Source: Rhynchopus sp. YZ270_cl-10 (Eukaryota). From it: a stretch of DNA of 64,000 nucleotides. The stretch's first letter is position 1. The number at the start of each line of letters is the position of its first letter. The stretch spans positions 620,001 through 684,000 of the forward strand of contig OZ037847.1 in NCBI GenBank assembly GCA_964035575.1, given 5' to 3'. Below are positions 1-12,650 of the stretch, one piece after another. The position numbers were made by a program, and so were the translations under genes. Below the pieces are notes generated by a model. The model saw nothing but the letters and a program-made list of their open reading frames with translations. It had not been told where the DNA came from and ran no database searches.

Positions 1-230
1 GAAGATCTGGTTTTTGTCCTTTTATTCAAAATAAATAAATAAAAATGAGTGGATGAGAGAGGGGGAAGAGAACGAGGTAAAGAAGACCCAATGGGTGATA
101 ATATGCATGGTTTGTATGGATCTGGCCTCACAATGAACATGGTATATTGCTGTCGTGGATTTTTCCATGTTTCTGTGTGTTACATTTTTTTTTACAAAAA
201 AAACAAAAAAAAAAAAAAAAAAAAAAAAAA

Positions 231-441
231 TTGTCGACACTCGCCTAAATCACCCACCTTAGTGAATAATTAGGGTCTGTACTTAATGTTGACCGAAGCC
301 TTCTTTGTTCTACGGAAGGTATAGACGTTACGTAGCTTGTCTATTTTTGTTGTGTCGACAATCGCCTAAGAACCGACTTGGGGCTAATAGGGTCTGCACT
401 CAATGTTGGCCGAAGCCTTTGTACTACAAGAAGGTATAGAC
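231..441. repeat. Two diverged tandem copies of ~95-bp structured repeat family H5
   Basis: GTCGACA..[stem-loop]..GGTCTGYACTYAATGTTGRCCGAAGCC..GAAGGTATAGAC at 231-326 and 349-441; also at 14961, 26829 and 31485. Confidence 0.8.
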
Positions 442-704
442 TTTTTTTTTTCTTGCTTTTCTTTTTTTGACAGTTTTATTTAGAGTTCCTGTTCTTTTTC
501 TCCTCCAACAAAGACAGCGTTTGGGAGTCTTTATGCTTCAAAGAAAAAGTTCGGCATCTTCCACTCACAATACAAATACAAGGGGAGGGATGGGTGACTT
601 CGCTTCAGGGGATATTTCTTTGTGATGTTGTTGTTTTTTTTTGTTTGTTTGATTTTTTTTTTTTTTGTATGGGGAAAAGCGCCTGTAAAACGACAGGTTC
701 TGTA

Positions 705-742
<38 letters not shown>

Positions 743-2073
743 GTTGACAAGATGAGCTTAGGCAATCCTCATTAAGGATTGCATAGTCAACTTCGATGGG
801 TATTTTGCCTTTAGGAAGGCCGGGACAAGATGGGACCAAAAAAGAAGGAAAAAAGAAAAAAAGAAGGAAAAAAAAAACGGAAAACTTGGTTGTATTAGTG
901 AAAGATTTCCCGAAGACCTCTTCTTGGAACTAACTGCCTCATAGCTTTTCGTGCATTCGCTTTGACAGGAGAGTGAAGCAGTCTTCCTGGGTGCAGAAGG
1001 CTGCCGTGACAGGAAGGGATTGCGCCAGCATCACCAGTCGTAATATGCGGGGGAGCGACAAAAAAAGACAACGAGAGACAATGTTCTGGGTTTTTTTTTT
1101 TTAAAATTTTTTCCCCCCCGAAGTATCTGACAATTTGACAAGAGAAAAAAAAAATAAAAATAATTCTGTACACAATACCACCTTTCAATGACTAGGGTGC
1201 TTACAGAGGGCACGCCCCATCCTTGAAGAATGGCAGAGGGAGAGAAAGAGAGAGAGAGACTTTTGGAAACTCTGGTCCGACCAGGTTTCGTAATTTAAAA
1301 AAAAAAAAATAAAATAAAAAAACTGGCCCCATCTTTCGATCCATCTTTTTCTTTTAAAATTTTTGGACTAAAAAAGCGACCTTTTTTTTTGCCAAAAAAA
1401 AACCGCTGTCCCTCACCAATTTAGACTGTAAATCAACTGGATATTGTGGTGACTCAAAACAGTGTTGTGCTTTTGCTGTGTGTGTGTGTGTTTTTTAACC
1501 TTCACTGGATACATTGTATCCCTGAAAGACAGGGTAGAGACGAAGACAGTGAAAGGGAGACGTGGATGGTAATGGCACGAGGACGAAAAAATAATTTTTG
1601 AAATAGCTAAACGGTCTCCCTTAGACACACATTTTTGAGGGGAGAAAAAAAAAAGAAAAAGAAAAAAAAACTTATAAGATGACTGCACCTCTCACGTGCA
1701 CACATCTTTTAAAAAAAGGGGGTAATCGATACGCAGCTGTAGATATGCTCTGACAAACAAGCGTTCTCTACGGTTCAGACATTTCGCCTGATCAGTCTTC
1801 CTGATAGGAAGCTGTAAGCGGGGTATGCAATTGTTACTCCCCGAAAAATGTGGATTCAAAACCAGTAAACTAAATGTTTTGATGTAATCACCCAAACGGA
1901 TTCTCCGTGGTTCTTCCGTGGGTTGTCCGTACCCCCTGAATCACACCATGTTTTGATTTTTTTTTTTGTTTTTGTAACTATTTTCCCCACAACACAATGG
2001 ACGAGGAGGAGGGGAGGAGGAAGGCATGGGAGGGGGGGTTCAGAGAGAGAAAACTTTTTTTAAAAGAGAAGTC

Positions 2074-2190
2074 GTGCAAACGCCTCACCGTTCATCAGCG
2101 GGCGCAGGGTACCCCTCTCTGCGGGTTATCAAACCCCCAGAGAGCACTTCATTGACATGCACAAACAAACGAATGAACCAAAGGGGGTAT
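2074..2190 (-). mobile_element. tRNA-derived SINE-like repeat (family H4), most complete copy
   Basis: Minus strand shows an A-box-like TGGTTCATTCG, a T-arm/B-box-like GGGTT(C/T)GATAACCC and CCCCT/AGGGG closing stem. Other copies lie at ~6822, 18692, 24576, 28845, 31175, 33278, 51841 and 57305. Confidence 0.6.
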
Positions 2191-3979
2191 TTCATTTATT
2201 CGCAACGAGTCGAGGGTTTGCTGGAAACATGGGGAAAAAGGGCTGGGGTGGTCACAAAGTGAACCAGTTTGCTGTTATAAAAGAGTGGGTTTGGAAACTA
2301 AGAAAAATAGAAACTGACTTCGGCTATGACATGGAGAAAGAAATGAAAATAGGACCTTTTTTTTCAGTTAGCTTTGCAAGCTGTTAGATTTATCCTCTCT
2401 CCCTGATATGGGATGTGGGAAAATAATTATTTCATATACTTTCTTTTCTTAAATGAAACGAAAAGAAAGCAAATAGAAAATAAAAAATAAAAAACAAGCT
2501 TGCGCCTTCCGTCGTTGATATTTCCTATTTTGTCAAGAATTTGATTATACTTACTAAACTTTTTCCGTTCGAGAGAGGAGAGGGCTTCAGACGTCGCACA
2601 AAGACGTCGAAGAGGGAAAAAACACTTGTCACAGATGATAACTTTACGTGCATACATACTCTTGGGTGCGGGCACGTGGAAAAAGAAAATAAAATAAAAG
2701 AAAAGAAGAAGAAATTTGAAAGATGGAATACATCTGATCTCGAGCATACACACATCAATAAAAAAGAAAAAGCTTGGATGTGCTTCATAATCAGGATGGT
2801 ATACATCAAGAAAAATGAAGGGAAAAAAAAAAAAAAGAAAATGAAAAAGAAAATTGGCAAAGTCCCCTATGCACGTAAAGAACACAAAACAGCCTACCAC
2901 AGAAGAGAAAATGAAAAAAAAAAAAAGTTGTTAAGATGAACCACCCAATCTTCCATTGCGTTTGGCCACCTTAAATCAGGGTATTTCCTAAATCTTCCAA
3001 AACTAAACTAACATTTTGCCACTTGATTTGTCCTCACTAATCTACTACTGAGTCTTTTTTCGTTGACCGCAGCCATTTTAGGAAGCCATTTAGGCTCTTA
3101 CCCTGGGTGGCGCACATGATAATTGATTGGGGGAGGGGAATGATTCAAAAGGAAAAGGCGTGAGGACAAATTTACCGTTGGCTAATCAAGTTCAGTTTCT
3201 AATAACACTGCGTGTAAGCAAAAAAAAAAAAAAAAAAAATTGAAAATAGCCCCAAAGCACGCTGAGCCAAAAACCCCCCTTTTTTGGGGAGAAAAAGGTG
3301 ATACAAAATACACAGAGTTAGGAAATACCCTGCCTTCAAAAAAAAAAAAAAAACAAAAAAAAAGAACAAAGCCACTTCTGTAGTGTTGATACAGCTGGCT
3401 AGGGGGGGAGACCTTCCGGTCCTGTGTTGAAAAGTGGTTTTAGGAATAAGGCGGGAAAAAAAAGGGGGGGGATTAAGATTGATATGTCGCTTACTGGCAT
3501 ACATCTTAGGACACAACAATGTGACAATCGTGTATTGCACTTCTGTGTCAAAAGAAACCTTAATTTGAGGCGTCAATGTGTCTGGCGTTACGTGGGCGAC
3601 GTAAGAAAAGCGCATGATAGGTGAATTCAATTTGCTATATCAATGATCCTGCCGGTATACGATTTAAACTTTCTGCGTCGAGCAAAAACACGTTGCCAAT
3701 GACATATTCGTTACGCCTGATTCTATTGTTTGAAAGAAAAAAGAAAAACGAAAAAAGGGGGGGGAAGAAAACACTGTGTGGTTGACACCCCGTACAAAAA
3801 GAAAAACTACACTTCTCGCAGGAAAAAATAAAAATAAGAGGGGAAGCTCCCCCGCGGTCCTTCCTCCCCTGAGAAATTTTAAAAAACAAAAAGATGACAA
3901 AAAAAAAAAAAAATAACCACTTTAAGAGCAAGAAACCAAAAAGAGAAAAAATTAGCAACGTGACGAGTAGAAGGACTTA

Positions 3980-4080
3980 CAGTAACACAACAAACATCGG
4001 TGGGGTAAAAACCCTCCAGTTTTTGAAATCCCAAAAAACCGCCTTCGTTTTTACCCTACCAGTGTTTGTTGCGTTACGTG
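3980..4080. mobile_element. Tiny Tc1/mariner-type MITE (degenerate copy)
   Basis: TA|CAGTAACACAACAAACA ... TGTTTGTTGCGTTACGTG; same family as 27513-27581. Confidence 0.6.
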
Positions 4081-5337
4081 CACGCTTTGAATGGTACACC
4101 GGCTCTAACTCGTCTACAATTACATCAGGAGAAAGGAGAATAAGAGAAACAGAAAAGAGAAAAAATGATAACAAAATGTCCTCTGCGTTTTAGCACAAAC
4201 CATCATGGCAGTAAAAAAAGACAGGATCTGTGAAACCCAACACATACTACTTGAAGACCGAGACAGTGCACATTTGAAGAAAGAAAGAAATGACACCGAA
4301 GCTTTTTGTGTTGTTTTTTTTGTGGGGGGAAGGGAAGTTACAGTTTAACGGGGAAGGTGTTGGGTTTGAAAAGATGTGTTTTGGTCCAAGCATGTCCCTA
4401 AAATGATTGTGATCGGTATGTTTGATGACATCCTTGCGCACCTCGGAGGGGACTTTGAAAATGTTTTTTTGTATGTTTTGAAAGTGCTTTGTGCTTTGTG
4501 CTCTGTTTAATTTTGCTTGATACATCTCGGAGGGGACATTTGCGACGCTTGCGGGCAAGATGACGGAGGCTGCGAGCTTCTGTGTAGCGGGTTTGCACAA
4601 AAAGTGCTCAAAAAAAGAAAAATTTCGCCTTCGGCGGGTAATTTTTGGGGGTGTTAAACCCGAATATTGGTGCGAACTAATGACGCAATTGAATAAAATT
4701 GTCAGTGTATCGTTGTTCACGAACTTTAGGGCATGCTTGGTTTACTCCAATAAACAGGGGTTCCACCCCAGGGGTCGAAAATAAATTGCTTTTTTTTGAA
4801 AATTGGATGAAAAATAAAAATTGTTCGCTTACACGCTTCGACCACTGGCAAAGAACTTCCTTACTGGAGCCCTCAGGTGCTCAGAAAATGTTCATAAAAA
4901 AATAAAAAATGAAGAACACGCTCGGGACGCCTGCACTAATACAACCAAGTTTAAAAAAAAATGTTCAAGATGAATGTGCGGTACATCTTTAAAGAGAAAA
5001 AGGAAAATGTCACCTACCCCCCAGAGAAGGGTCCACTATATATAAATATATACTGGAACATGCTCTCGTGTTTTACATAAATATAATATATTGGGGTAGG
5101 CGTTAACGTTGCAGCTGTGCAAAAAACAGTCTCCACCAGTTGTGGTACTGAAAATAAAAAAAGAAGGAAAAAAAAAACACACAATATGGGCCATGTTTCG
5201 CTCTGAGGAACTACCCACGCTGTGCTTTCAAACACACTTTAAAAAGGGGAAGATGCTTACAGACGGCACACCTCATCCATAAAGAGTGTGGCAGAGATAG
5301 ATATGAAACATCCTGGTCTGACAAGAGCTTGTTTATT

Positions 5338-5988
5338 CAGGCCTTTTGCTAACCATCATGCCATCATGCCACGTTTTTGGGCGTTTTTTATTTTTTTTTC
5401 CATCATGCCACCATCATGCCACGGGGGGTGGTTGGGCAGGGCTTTCGCTCTGCATCACCTGGGGATTTCCCCAGATGGCATGATGGCACCTTAAAATTTT
5501 TCTGCTCGCTGCGCTCGCAGAGGTTACCTCAAAAAAAAATTCCCGCTCGCTTCGCTCGCGCTGTACGCTATTTTCTTCCTGCCTACGGTGCCATTTTACA
5601 ATGTCTAAGGGGATTCCCTTGCATTTTGCAGCCAGAAATGAAACTTGACCCAAGCTGCAAAAATTTGACCATTGTTATTTCAAAGTGACCCAACCGTTGC
5701 AACAGCCCCTGCTTCTGGAAGACGTATTGATTTTGTACTGTTAGTGTACGTAAGGCGCAAGACCAAGCACCGTTAATAAAGGATTAGATTCCGTTTTTTT
5801 TTTGTTATCTCGCAAAGCTGACCCTTCGCCTCTCCACCCTGTGGCTGGCAGGGAGGCGCGCGCGAAGCGCGCGACGACCGCTTTCACCAGGTGGGAAAGC
5901 TCGGAATGTACTTTTTTTTCCAGGAAATTATTTTTTTTTGACCATCATGCCATTCAGGGGGAAAATCCCAAAGTTAGCAAAAGGCCTG
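5338..5988. mobile_element. Non-autonomous TIR element with 9-bp TSD
   Basis: Perfect 16-bp TIR CAGGCCTTTTGCTAAC; TSD TTGTTTATT on both sides; subterminal CCATCATG motifs. Confidence 0.9.
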
Positions 5989-8106
5989 TTGTTTATTACT
6001 TCCCTCAGTATACATGATTTCCGAGTTGGAAGGTGGCATTAACACCACCGTACAAAAGAGGGGAGAGAGAGAGAGAGAGAGAGAAATAAAAAATGAAATA
6101 AAAAAAAATTCCTTGAAATTCAGCTCCAATGTGTGATGACTCCAGAGTGTCATCCACGCGAACCAAAAAAGAAGGGGGAAAATATAAAAATAAACGAGTA
6201 AAGAAAACGTGTGGGAAGAGAGAGATAAAAGACTGTTGAGGGTAAGAAAGAAAGCGCAAACGGCCGGAGGCTCACGTTAACGAATTCATGGAGAAAAGAG
6301 GGCGTCAATCTGTCGTTCATCAGAAGCATTCGAGAACGACAGATCTTGTTTCTGCAAATTCGAGTGGTTGTTGCGAAACGATTTTCCTAAGGTTCTCGTT
6401 TTTTTGCCGTTTTTTCCTTTTTTTTTTTTTGAATTTTGATTGAAAAAAAAAAAAAAAACCTTTGTGAACCCACGCCGGCCTTTTTCGTGCCGCGTCCGAA
6501 TAAATATCTTTGTTTGTAAAAAGACTACAGCAGCCTTCAAAGAAAAATAGAAAAAAAAAACTTGAAAGAGTTGAATGGACATCACGGGAACACAAACGCA
6601 TGGTACATACAAATTACTGCTAAAGAGACAGTCATGTTATGGGGAAGGAGGCAAAGAAGAAGGGGATGTGGGTGCAGAGGAGAAATGGACCCCCTTTTTT
6701 TCTTTTTTTGAAACTGGAAATTTTGGGTTTGAAACGGGTGTTCCTTCAAGCCAACGTTTTCACTTTCAAAAAGGGTCTGATTTTTTTTTGGGGATTTTGG
6801 GAAAATGCGCACAAAAGAGAAAAGTGCACACACCTCACCGAACACCGGCGGACGCAACTGGTGGGGAAAAGCTGATGATAATGAGCATCTTGCTCGCTCA
6901 TCACATGAACAATAACAAAAAAAAAACAAAACAACAACAAGCACAGTGCAGTACACGGTACCCATACTATCACGTTTTTTTAAAAGAAACCAAGCAAAAC
7001 AACTTACCCCTACGGTCTTTTGATCCTTGGGCACTTTACACCTGCTTAGGTAAAGTTCTCTGCTGGTTCACAAAGGTGGAGCCTTTTCTCTCAAAAGAGT
7101 GTTTCAACATATGCATTCAAATTGATAGCATAGGAGGAGGGATCAACAATGTTCCCATCTTTCTTATGTAAAGAGAAAACTAAAAGACACAAAAAAAAAA
7201 TGTTGGAGTAGTGTAGTTGCCTCGGTTGTGTTGCCACAGTTGTGCAATCTCCACTGTTATTTTTTTTACAGGGTATTTTTCGCGTACCCTCGTCCCTCTA
7301 AAAAAAAAAAAGGGCATGGATAAAAATGTTGGAATAGTGTCGCCACATTTTAACACCATTTCCCTTAAAGTAATTTTTTTTAGAGCAACAGAATAGGATG
7401 ACAATGTACTGTGTTCGACAGGACAGTGTACTTTATAGCACCTCATTTCATGAGGTGGCAAAGAGAACAGAACTAAATACCGTATTCGGAAAAATGTTGC
7501 AACGTAAAAATGTTGGAACGTAAAAATGTTGTAACGGAATAATGTTGTAACGCTGCGGATCGCGGGAAGTTGTAACTTTATTCCGTTACAACATTTTTAT
7601 GACTGGGGTGAACTTTGTCTTAGGGATTTTTTTTGGAACAGTCGGCATAATCCCCAACCTCACACACCACACCCCAATTTCAAGCCGATAATTCGTGTTT
7701 CAGGTTTTTCGACGTCCTCCCCCACCCCTCACCCAAATAAAAAATGAAACAAATGGGATTAGCCCAATTCTGCAAGCGCCGCAATCCCCACGAGCCTGTT
7801 TCGGAAGGAGGAGATGCCCCCAACCTGGCGTTCCTTGCTGGTAGCGCCGCAAGCGCAGTGGGGCTAGACGACAGCACATCTCGTGCTGTCGCAAATGAGG
7901 TCAGCGCTGCAAGCAGCACGCGAGCGGGAAAGGATAGTAAACGTACCCCCTTGCCCTGTCCAGTTTGATGTGGAACAAAAAAAGTCGAGCCTACGGCTAA
8001 GTTGAACAACACCAAAAAAAAAAAAAAAAAAAAAACATCATCCATGGCTGTGTAACTTAGGTGACCTAAGTTTTTAAAAAAAAAAAAACTTAAGTCACCT
8101 AAGTTA

Positions 8107-11061
8107 CACGGATGCTGCCAGATCTGGCCAGATCTCCAGATCTGGGCCGCCCAGATCTGGCCAGATCTGGGAAAATTTTTTTTTTTTTTGAAAAAAAATT
8201 TTTTCCCAGACGTCCCAGATCTGGCCAGATCTGGCCAGATCTGGCCACATCTGGGAGATCTGGGACGTCTGGGAAAATTTTTTTTTCCAGGTACCCCCAA
8301 TGACATAACGAAGTATCGCTTGAAGTACCGTTCAATATACGTTGCTCGTGTGTGCAAGTTACGAAGTAGGACACACAAGGTATATCAAACGATAAATCAA
8401 TCAGATAAACGTGACATCATCGGAAAATTGTTGGCACCGCCGCCCTGTCTTCGTATTTATTACGTCGACAGGCCAAACAGCGTTGGGCTCAGAAGAAGCA
8501 GTGCAAAACACTGGGGATCAACATGAGAACCAACTCCCAACAACACAGGCTACCGAAGTAGCAGGTGGGGTGTTGCGGGTGTTTGGGGTGAAAGAAAATC
8601 GATTTTGGTAAGTTACAGCAGAAAATTCTTAAGTTTGCACAATTGAGAAGGGTGTTACCACTGCCTAATATTATTCGTACATGTGAACCGGTAAGGTCGA
8701 GAAGGGTGGACACGGCATACAAGTACAAGTACAAGTAAGACGTACCTTCTACAAAGGCTGAATTCGCAATTCTTAAGGGATTGAATTCAGCCCCCACGTG
8801 GTGTTTTTGAGAAAATCATTCCATGGTATACAACTATGGTTCCCGAAGAATGATTCGCCCCTCCTCGTTCATGCAAACTTAAGAAAATTCTGAAGTAACT
8901 ACAACCTGGCGTGCGGGTACAGATGCATTGCTTTGTTCTTTCCTCAAAGTCATGTGTGATCTCTCGGGTCTGTACTAAAGTCAGTGTTTAGATAAGCATC
9001 CACTTGACTCGTTCTAACAACCGTTGAAATCTAGAACAAAACAATACACTGCCCCTTCTCACACCAAGCCGCCATGCTTCAAGAGCATGCCCTGGGCAAA
9101 AATTACTGTGACAAAAATTAGTTTTCTGGGGGAACGCAATATTTTCTTGTGCCTCGTCCTCCGCAAGCAGAGGACAGACTTTCCGGATCCCGAAGTCGAA
9201 TTTCTTGCACTAGCTACGCTCCCTGGGTTAAATGGCTATAGCAGTGACTGACTAAGAGTTTCATAATAATTAGGGTGGTCTATGGGGTGGGTTAATGGAA
9301 AAGTTGGTATATAAACCCGACTTTTACGATCGCCACCTGGTTTTGAAATAATTGCACCAGCTCTTCCGTCGGCACTGCTTCGCTGTTATGATGAAGGGTC
9401 GTCGGTTCGGGTACCTGTTAAGAGAAATTGAATGTAAAAGTAGAGACTACAACAAAAAAACAAACAAACAAACAAGAAGCCGCCCCGTACCCCTTAAACG
9501 TAAAAGTGACATTTTTGTTGACAAAAAAAAAAAAATAGCTAAAAAATAGCGAACATGTCGAAAAGGGAGAAAATCGGGGGGTTAAAAACATACCTTGCAC
9601 TCGGCCCACTCTCCAGGTACAAAGAACATCACTGCACGACAAACCCACTACTACGATAGAAAATAACTATTTTTTACCGAACAGAAAGGTCGTTTTATTG
9701 ATGAGTGTTTTCTGAGTGCACACTCAGTGGGGACAAAATGCAACACTTACCGAAAAAATTCTCCAATCGGACAAAAACCTTTCTAAACACCCAAAAAAAA
9801 ACACCTCAGTCCACATCCGCTGGGGTCGCGAGATGGAAATATATGGTTTTACAGCTTTTGGGGGGTCTAGCGTGGGTCCCAGATGCATTTTGCAACGGGT
9901 CTGTGTGTGTGCCTCAACCGCTTCACAGTACCCTTTTTTGTAACTGAAAACGACGCATCCTGTACCTAAGTGCACTGAAGCCTTGCTTGCGTCCTCCTTC
10001 GTGGTTTTGGGCGTTCGCATGCGAGAATCATTATCGCATTCTCACATGTAATTCTCGCATCACGGAGAGGATTTTAGCGTTACGTGACCACAAAAAAAGT
10101 GCACAAAATTAGTTTGGTCAAAATCACCTTGCACTTGTGAAGGAATTGCTGAGGAAATCTGAAATATGCGTGTTTTGGTACACAAAAGTGCGTTTTGGGT
10201 GGTTCTGAAGGGTCAAAACACCAAAAAAAAACGTTTTTTTGCATTTTTGGTCACCCAAGGACCCACTATTTTGGTTGATATTTTTTTTTTTCCCTTTGCG
10301 AAAAAATACCCAAAAATCACGGCTATAAAAACGCTAAGGAAAAATCGATTTTCATTTTTTGGGCAGAGAAGTGCGTTTTAGGCGCCCACAGATGGTCAAA
10401 ACATCAAAATTTTTGTGTTTTTGGCATCTTTGGACACCCAAGGACCCACTATCAGGGGTGAATTTTTTTTGCCAGAAATCGAAGAAAAAAAAATTATGAA
10501 GGAAATTGCTAAGAAAAAGTCGAAATTGTGGGCCCCTGTACTGCATATGGCGGTACCAGATCGTCAAAACACCCGACTCTTGCGTTTTTTTGCACTTTTT
10601 GGTACACAAAAACCCTGCTCAGGGGTCAAAATTTTCCCGGAAAAAAAAAATTTTTTTTTTCGAGATTTTTCAAAAATCGACTTGTCTTTGGTAAAAACCA
10701 TGAAATTTCGGGTTCGCAAAACCACGTTTTAGACCCCCACAGATGCTCAAAAGTGCCAAATTTTGCTTTAAATGGCCTCAAATCGTCGAAATTAGCCCTT
10801 TTTAGGGGCGAAAAAAAAAATTCGAGAGTCCCTTTCCCTGGGAGACAATAGCCAGAAATCTGAGGGAAAAAAAAAACTGGCCAGATTTCCAGATCTGGCC
10901 AGATCTGGGGAGTTTTTTTTTTTTTTTGAAAAAAAAAATTTCCCAGATTCCCAGATCTGGCCAGATCTGGCCAGATCTGGAAACAAGATCTCCACATCTG
11001 GAAAACGAGCCAGATCTGGGAAATTGGCCCCCAAATCTGGCCAGATCTGGCAGCATCCGTG
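8107..11061. mobile_element. Element C copy 1: 2955-bp non-autonomous TIR element with 6-bp TSD, nested in B
   Basis: TIR CACGGATGCTGCCAGATCTGG; TSD AAGTTA (8101-8106, 11062-11067); arrays of palindromic CCAGATCTGG; near-identical to 59351-62307. Confidence 0.95.
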
Positions 11062-11224
11062 AAGTTACCTTAGGTCATCGTTTTTTTTTTTTTTTTTTTT
11101 TTTTGCTTGGGTGGTGAAGCTGCAGGTGGTCTGAAGAGTGATGTGACCGTATTCTCTAGGTATAACAGTTACTCAAAAAATGCATTGACGAAGGAATTTT
11201 GCACTTTGACCACCATAGATTACA

Positions 11225-11315
11225 TACTGTGTACTGTGTACTGTGTACTGTGTACTGTGTACTGTGTACTGTGTACTGTGTACTGTGTACTGTGTACTGT
11301 GTACTGTGTACTGTG
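11225..11315. repeat. (TACTGTG)13 microsatellite
   Basis: Perfect 7-mer tandem array of 91 bp. Confidence 0.95.
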
Positions 11316-12616
11316 CGGAAATTGACCAAAAACAAGAACTTGTCCATTTCGGCAAATTGACCCCACCACTGGCCGGACGGATTCCGGAAATGCAAATGCC
11401 GGCGTTTAAAAGCTTCACCAGGCATCCGCCCCCTTCAGTGATGTTCATCGCCCAAGCAAAAAAAAAAAAAAAAAACGGTAACTTAAGTTAACTTAAGTGA
11501 CTTAAGTTGGTAACTTAAGCTGTTTTTTAAAAATAAAAACTTAAGTTACGTTTTTTTTCTAAAAAAACTTAAGTTTTTTTTTCGAAAACCTAAGTTTTTT
11601 AATTTAAGTTTTTTTTTTTAGTAGCTTAAGTCGCCTAAATTTTCCGGAGGATTTCGGAGAAAACTTAAGTTTTTTTTTTAACTTAAGTTACACAGCCATG
11701 ATCATCCCCCCGCCCCCCGCCCTTTTTTCACCACCGTCAGAGGCACAAGATTTTTCTTTTCAAAAACCACCCCCGCACCAGCAAAAATCCCTAAGACAAA
11801 AATAAACCCCAAAAAAATGTTGTAACGGAATAATGTTGTAACGCTGGGCCATTTTTTCCAGCGTTACAACATTATTCCGTTGCAACATTTTTCCGACTAC
11901 GGTAAATAAAAAGAGGCAAAAAACCGCGTTCCCCCCTTCCCGTGTTACCTACGATGTAGGTGTGACGCTAACTACCAAAAAAAAATTTTTTTTTTTTGAC
12001 TGCCGCATCACAGGAACTGTTATTTGCCCTTTAATTTTTTTTTTGTTTGTTCTTCTTTTTTTGATAATCTGTTTGGTTTAGTTTTTTTTTTTTTTTCCCT
12101 CTCGTTTTGTTGCGCTCTTTTTGTTGAGTGACTTTTGTTTTGATACAGTTTCTCGGGGTTTTCTCACAAAGGAATATATCTGTTGTATTGTAAAGTGCAT
12201 TATTTTTTGGGTAAAAAAAATCAAATATGTAAAAATATTGAAAGATTGAATGCTTTACGTGCATACAGGTCTTGAAATAAGTAAAAAATGAATAATAGGG
12301 CAACTTGGGAGGAGGGGAGGTTGAGGGAAGAATGAGAATTGGGAATTCTGACTTAAGATTCCGTATCCCGTTGGGAGTGATGTATATTTTTGATTTTTAT
12401 TTTTATTTTTTTTGTTTTGTTTTGTTGTGTCGACAAAAATCGCCTCAGTATCCATGATGGGTAATTCAGCGGGAGGGGTTGCCTATATGTTTGTGCGCGG
12501 GGAACGGGAGCAAGCTGTTTGCGACAAAAGAAAAAAGAAAAGAAAGAGATAAAGTAAGATGAACCTACGCCTCGCAGCGATAGCCACCTTTAAAAAAAAA
12601 AAAAAAGAATACTTGA

Positions 12617-12650
12617 AAGATGAATGTGCCTCTCGTGCACACACATCTTT
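12617..12650. repeat. Hairpin mini-element family H1, representative copy
   Basis: AAGATGAATGTGCCTCTCGTGCACACACATCTTT; more than 10 related copies in the window. Confidence 0.8.

Larger units (their letters stand above)
8043..11700. mobile_element. Element B: foldback-like TIR element with 6-bp TSD, nested in A
   Basis: TIR CATGGCTGTGTAACTTA; TSD ATCATC (8037-8042, 11701-11706); ACTTAAGT arrays. Confidence 0.9.
7480..11902. mobile_element. Element A: pogo/Tc2-like MITE (outer shell of a triple nest)
   Basis: TIR CCGTA(T/G)TCGGAAAAATGTTGCAACG with ATGTTGTAACG sub-repeats; flanked by TAAATA on both sides (TA or 6-bp TSD). Confidence 0.9.

Noticed and set aside
2977..3210. Possible hAT MITE (CAGGG...CACTG, TTTGTCCTCAC/GTGAGGACAAA)
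   Set aside because: TIRs are too diverged and no TSD is present; a likely relic but not delimitable.
3480..3725. Exon-like fragments in the first 21 kb (also ~750-1050 and ~12830-13070)
   Set aside because: Stops in candidate frames, no recognisable protein, and no consistent exon chain.
8099..11117. Short ORFs with PDLARSG/QIWPDL repeats (also 59275-62400)
   Set aside because: They are translations of the palindromic CCAGATCTGG array, open on both strands.
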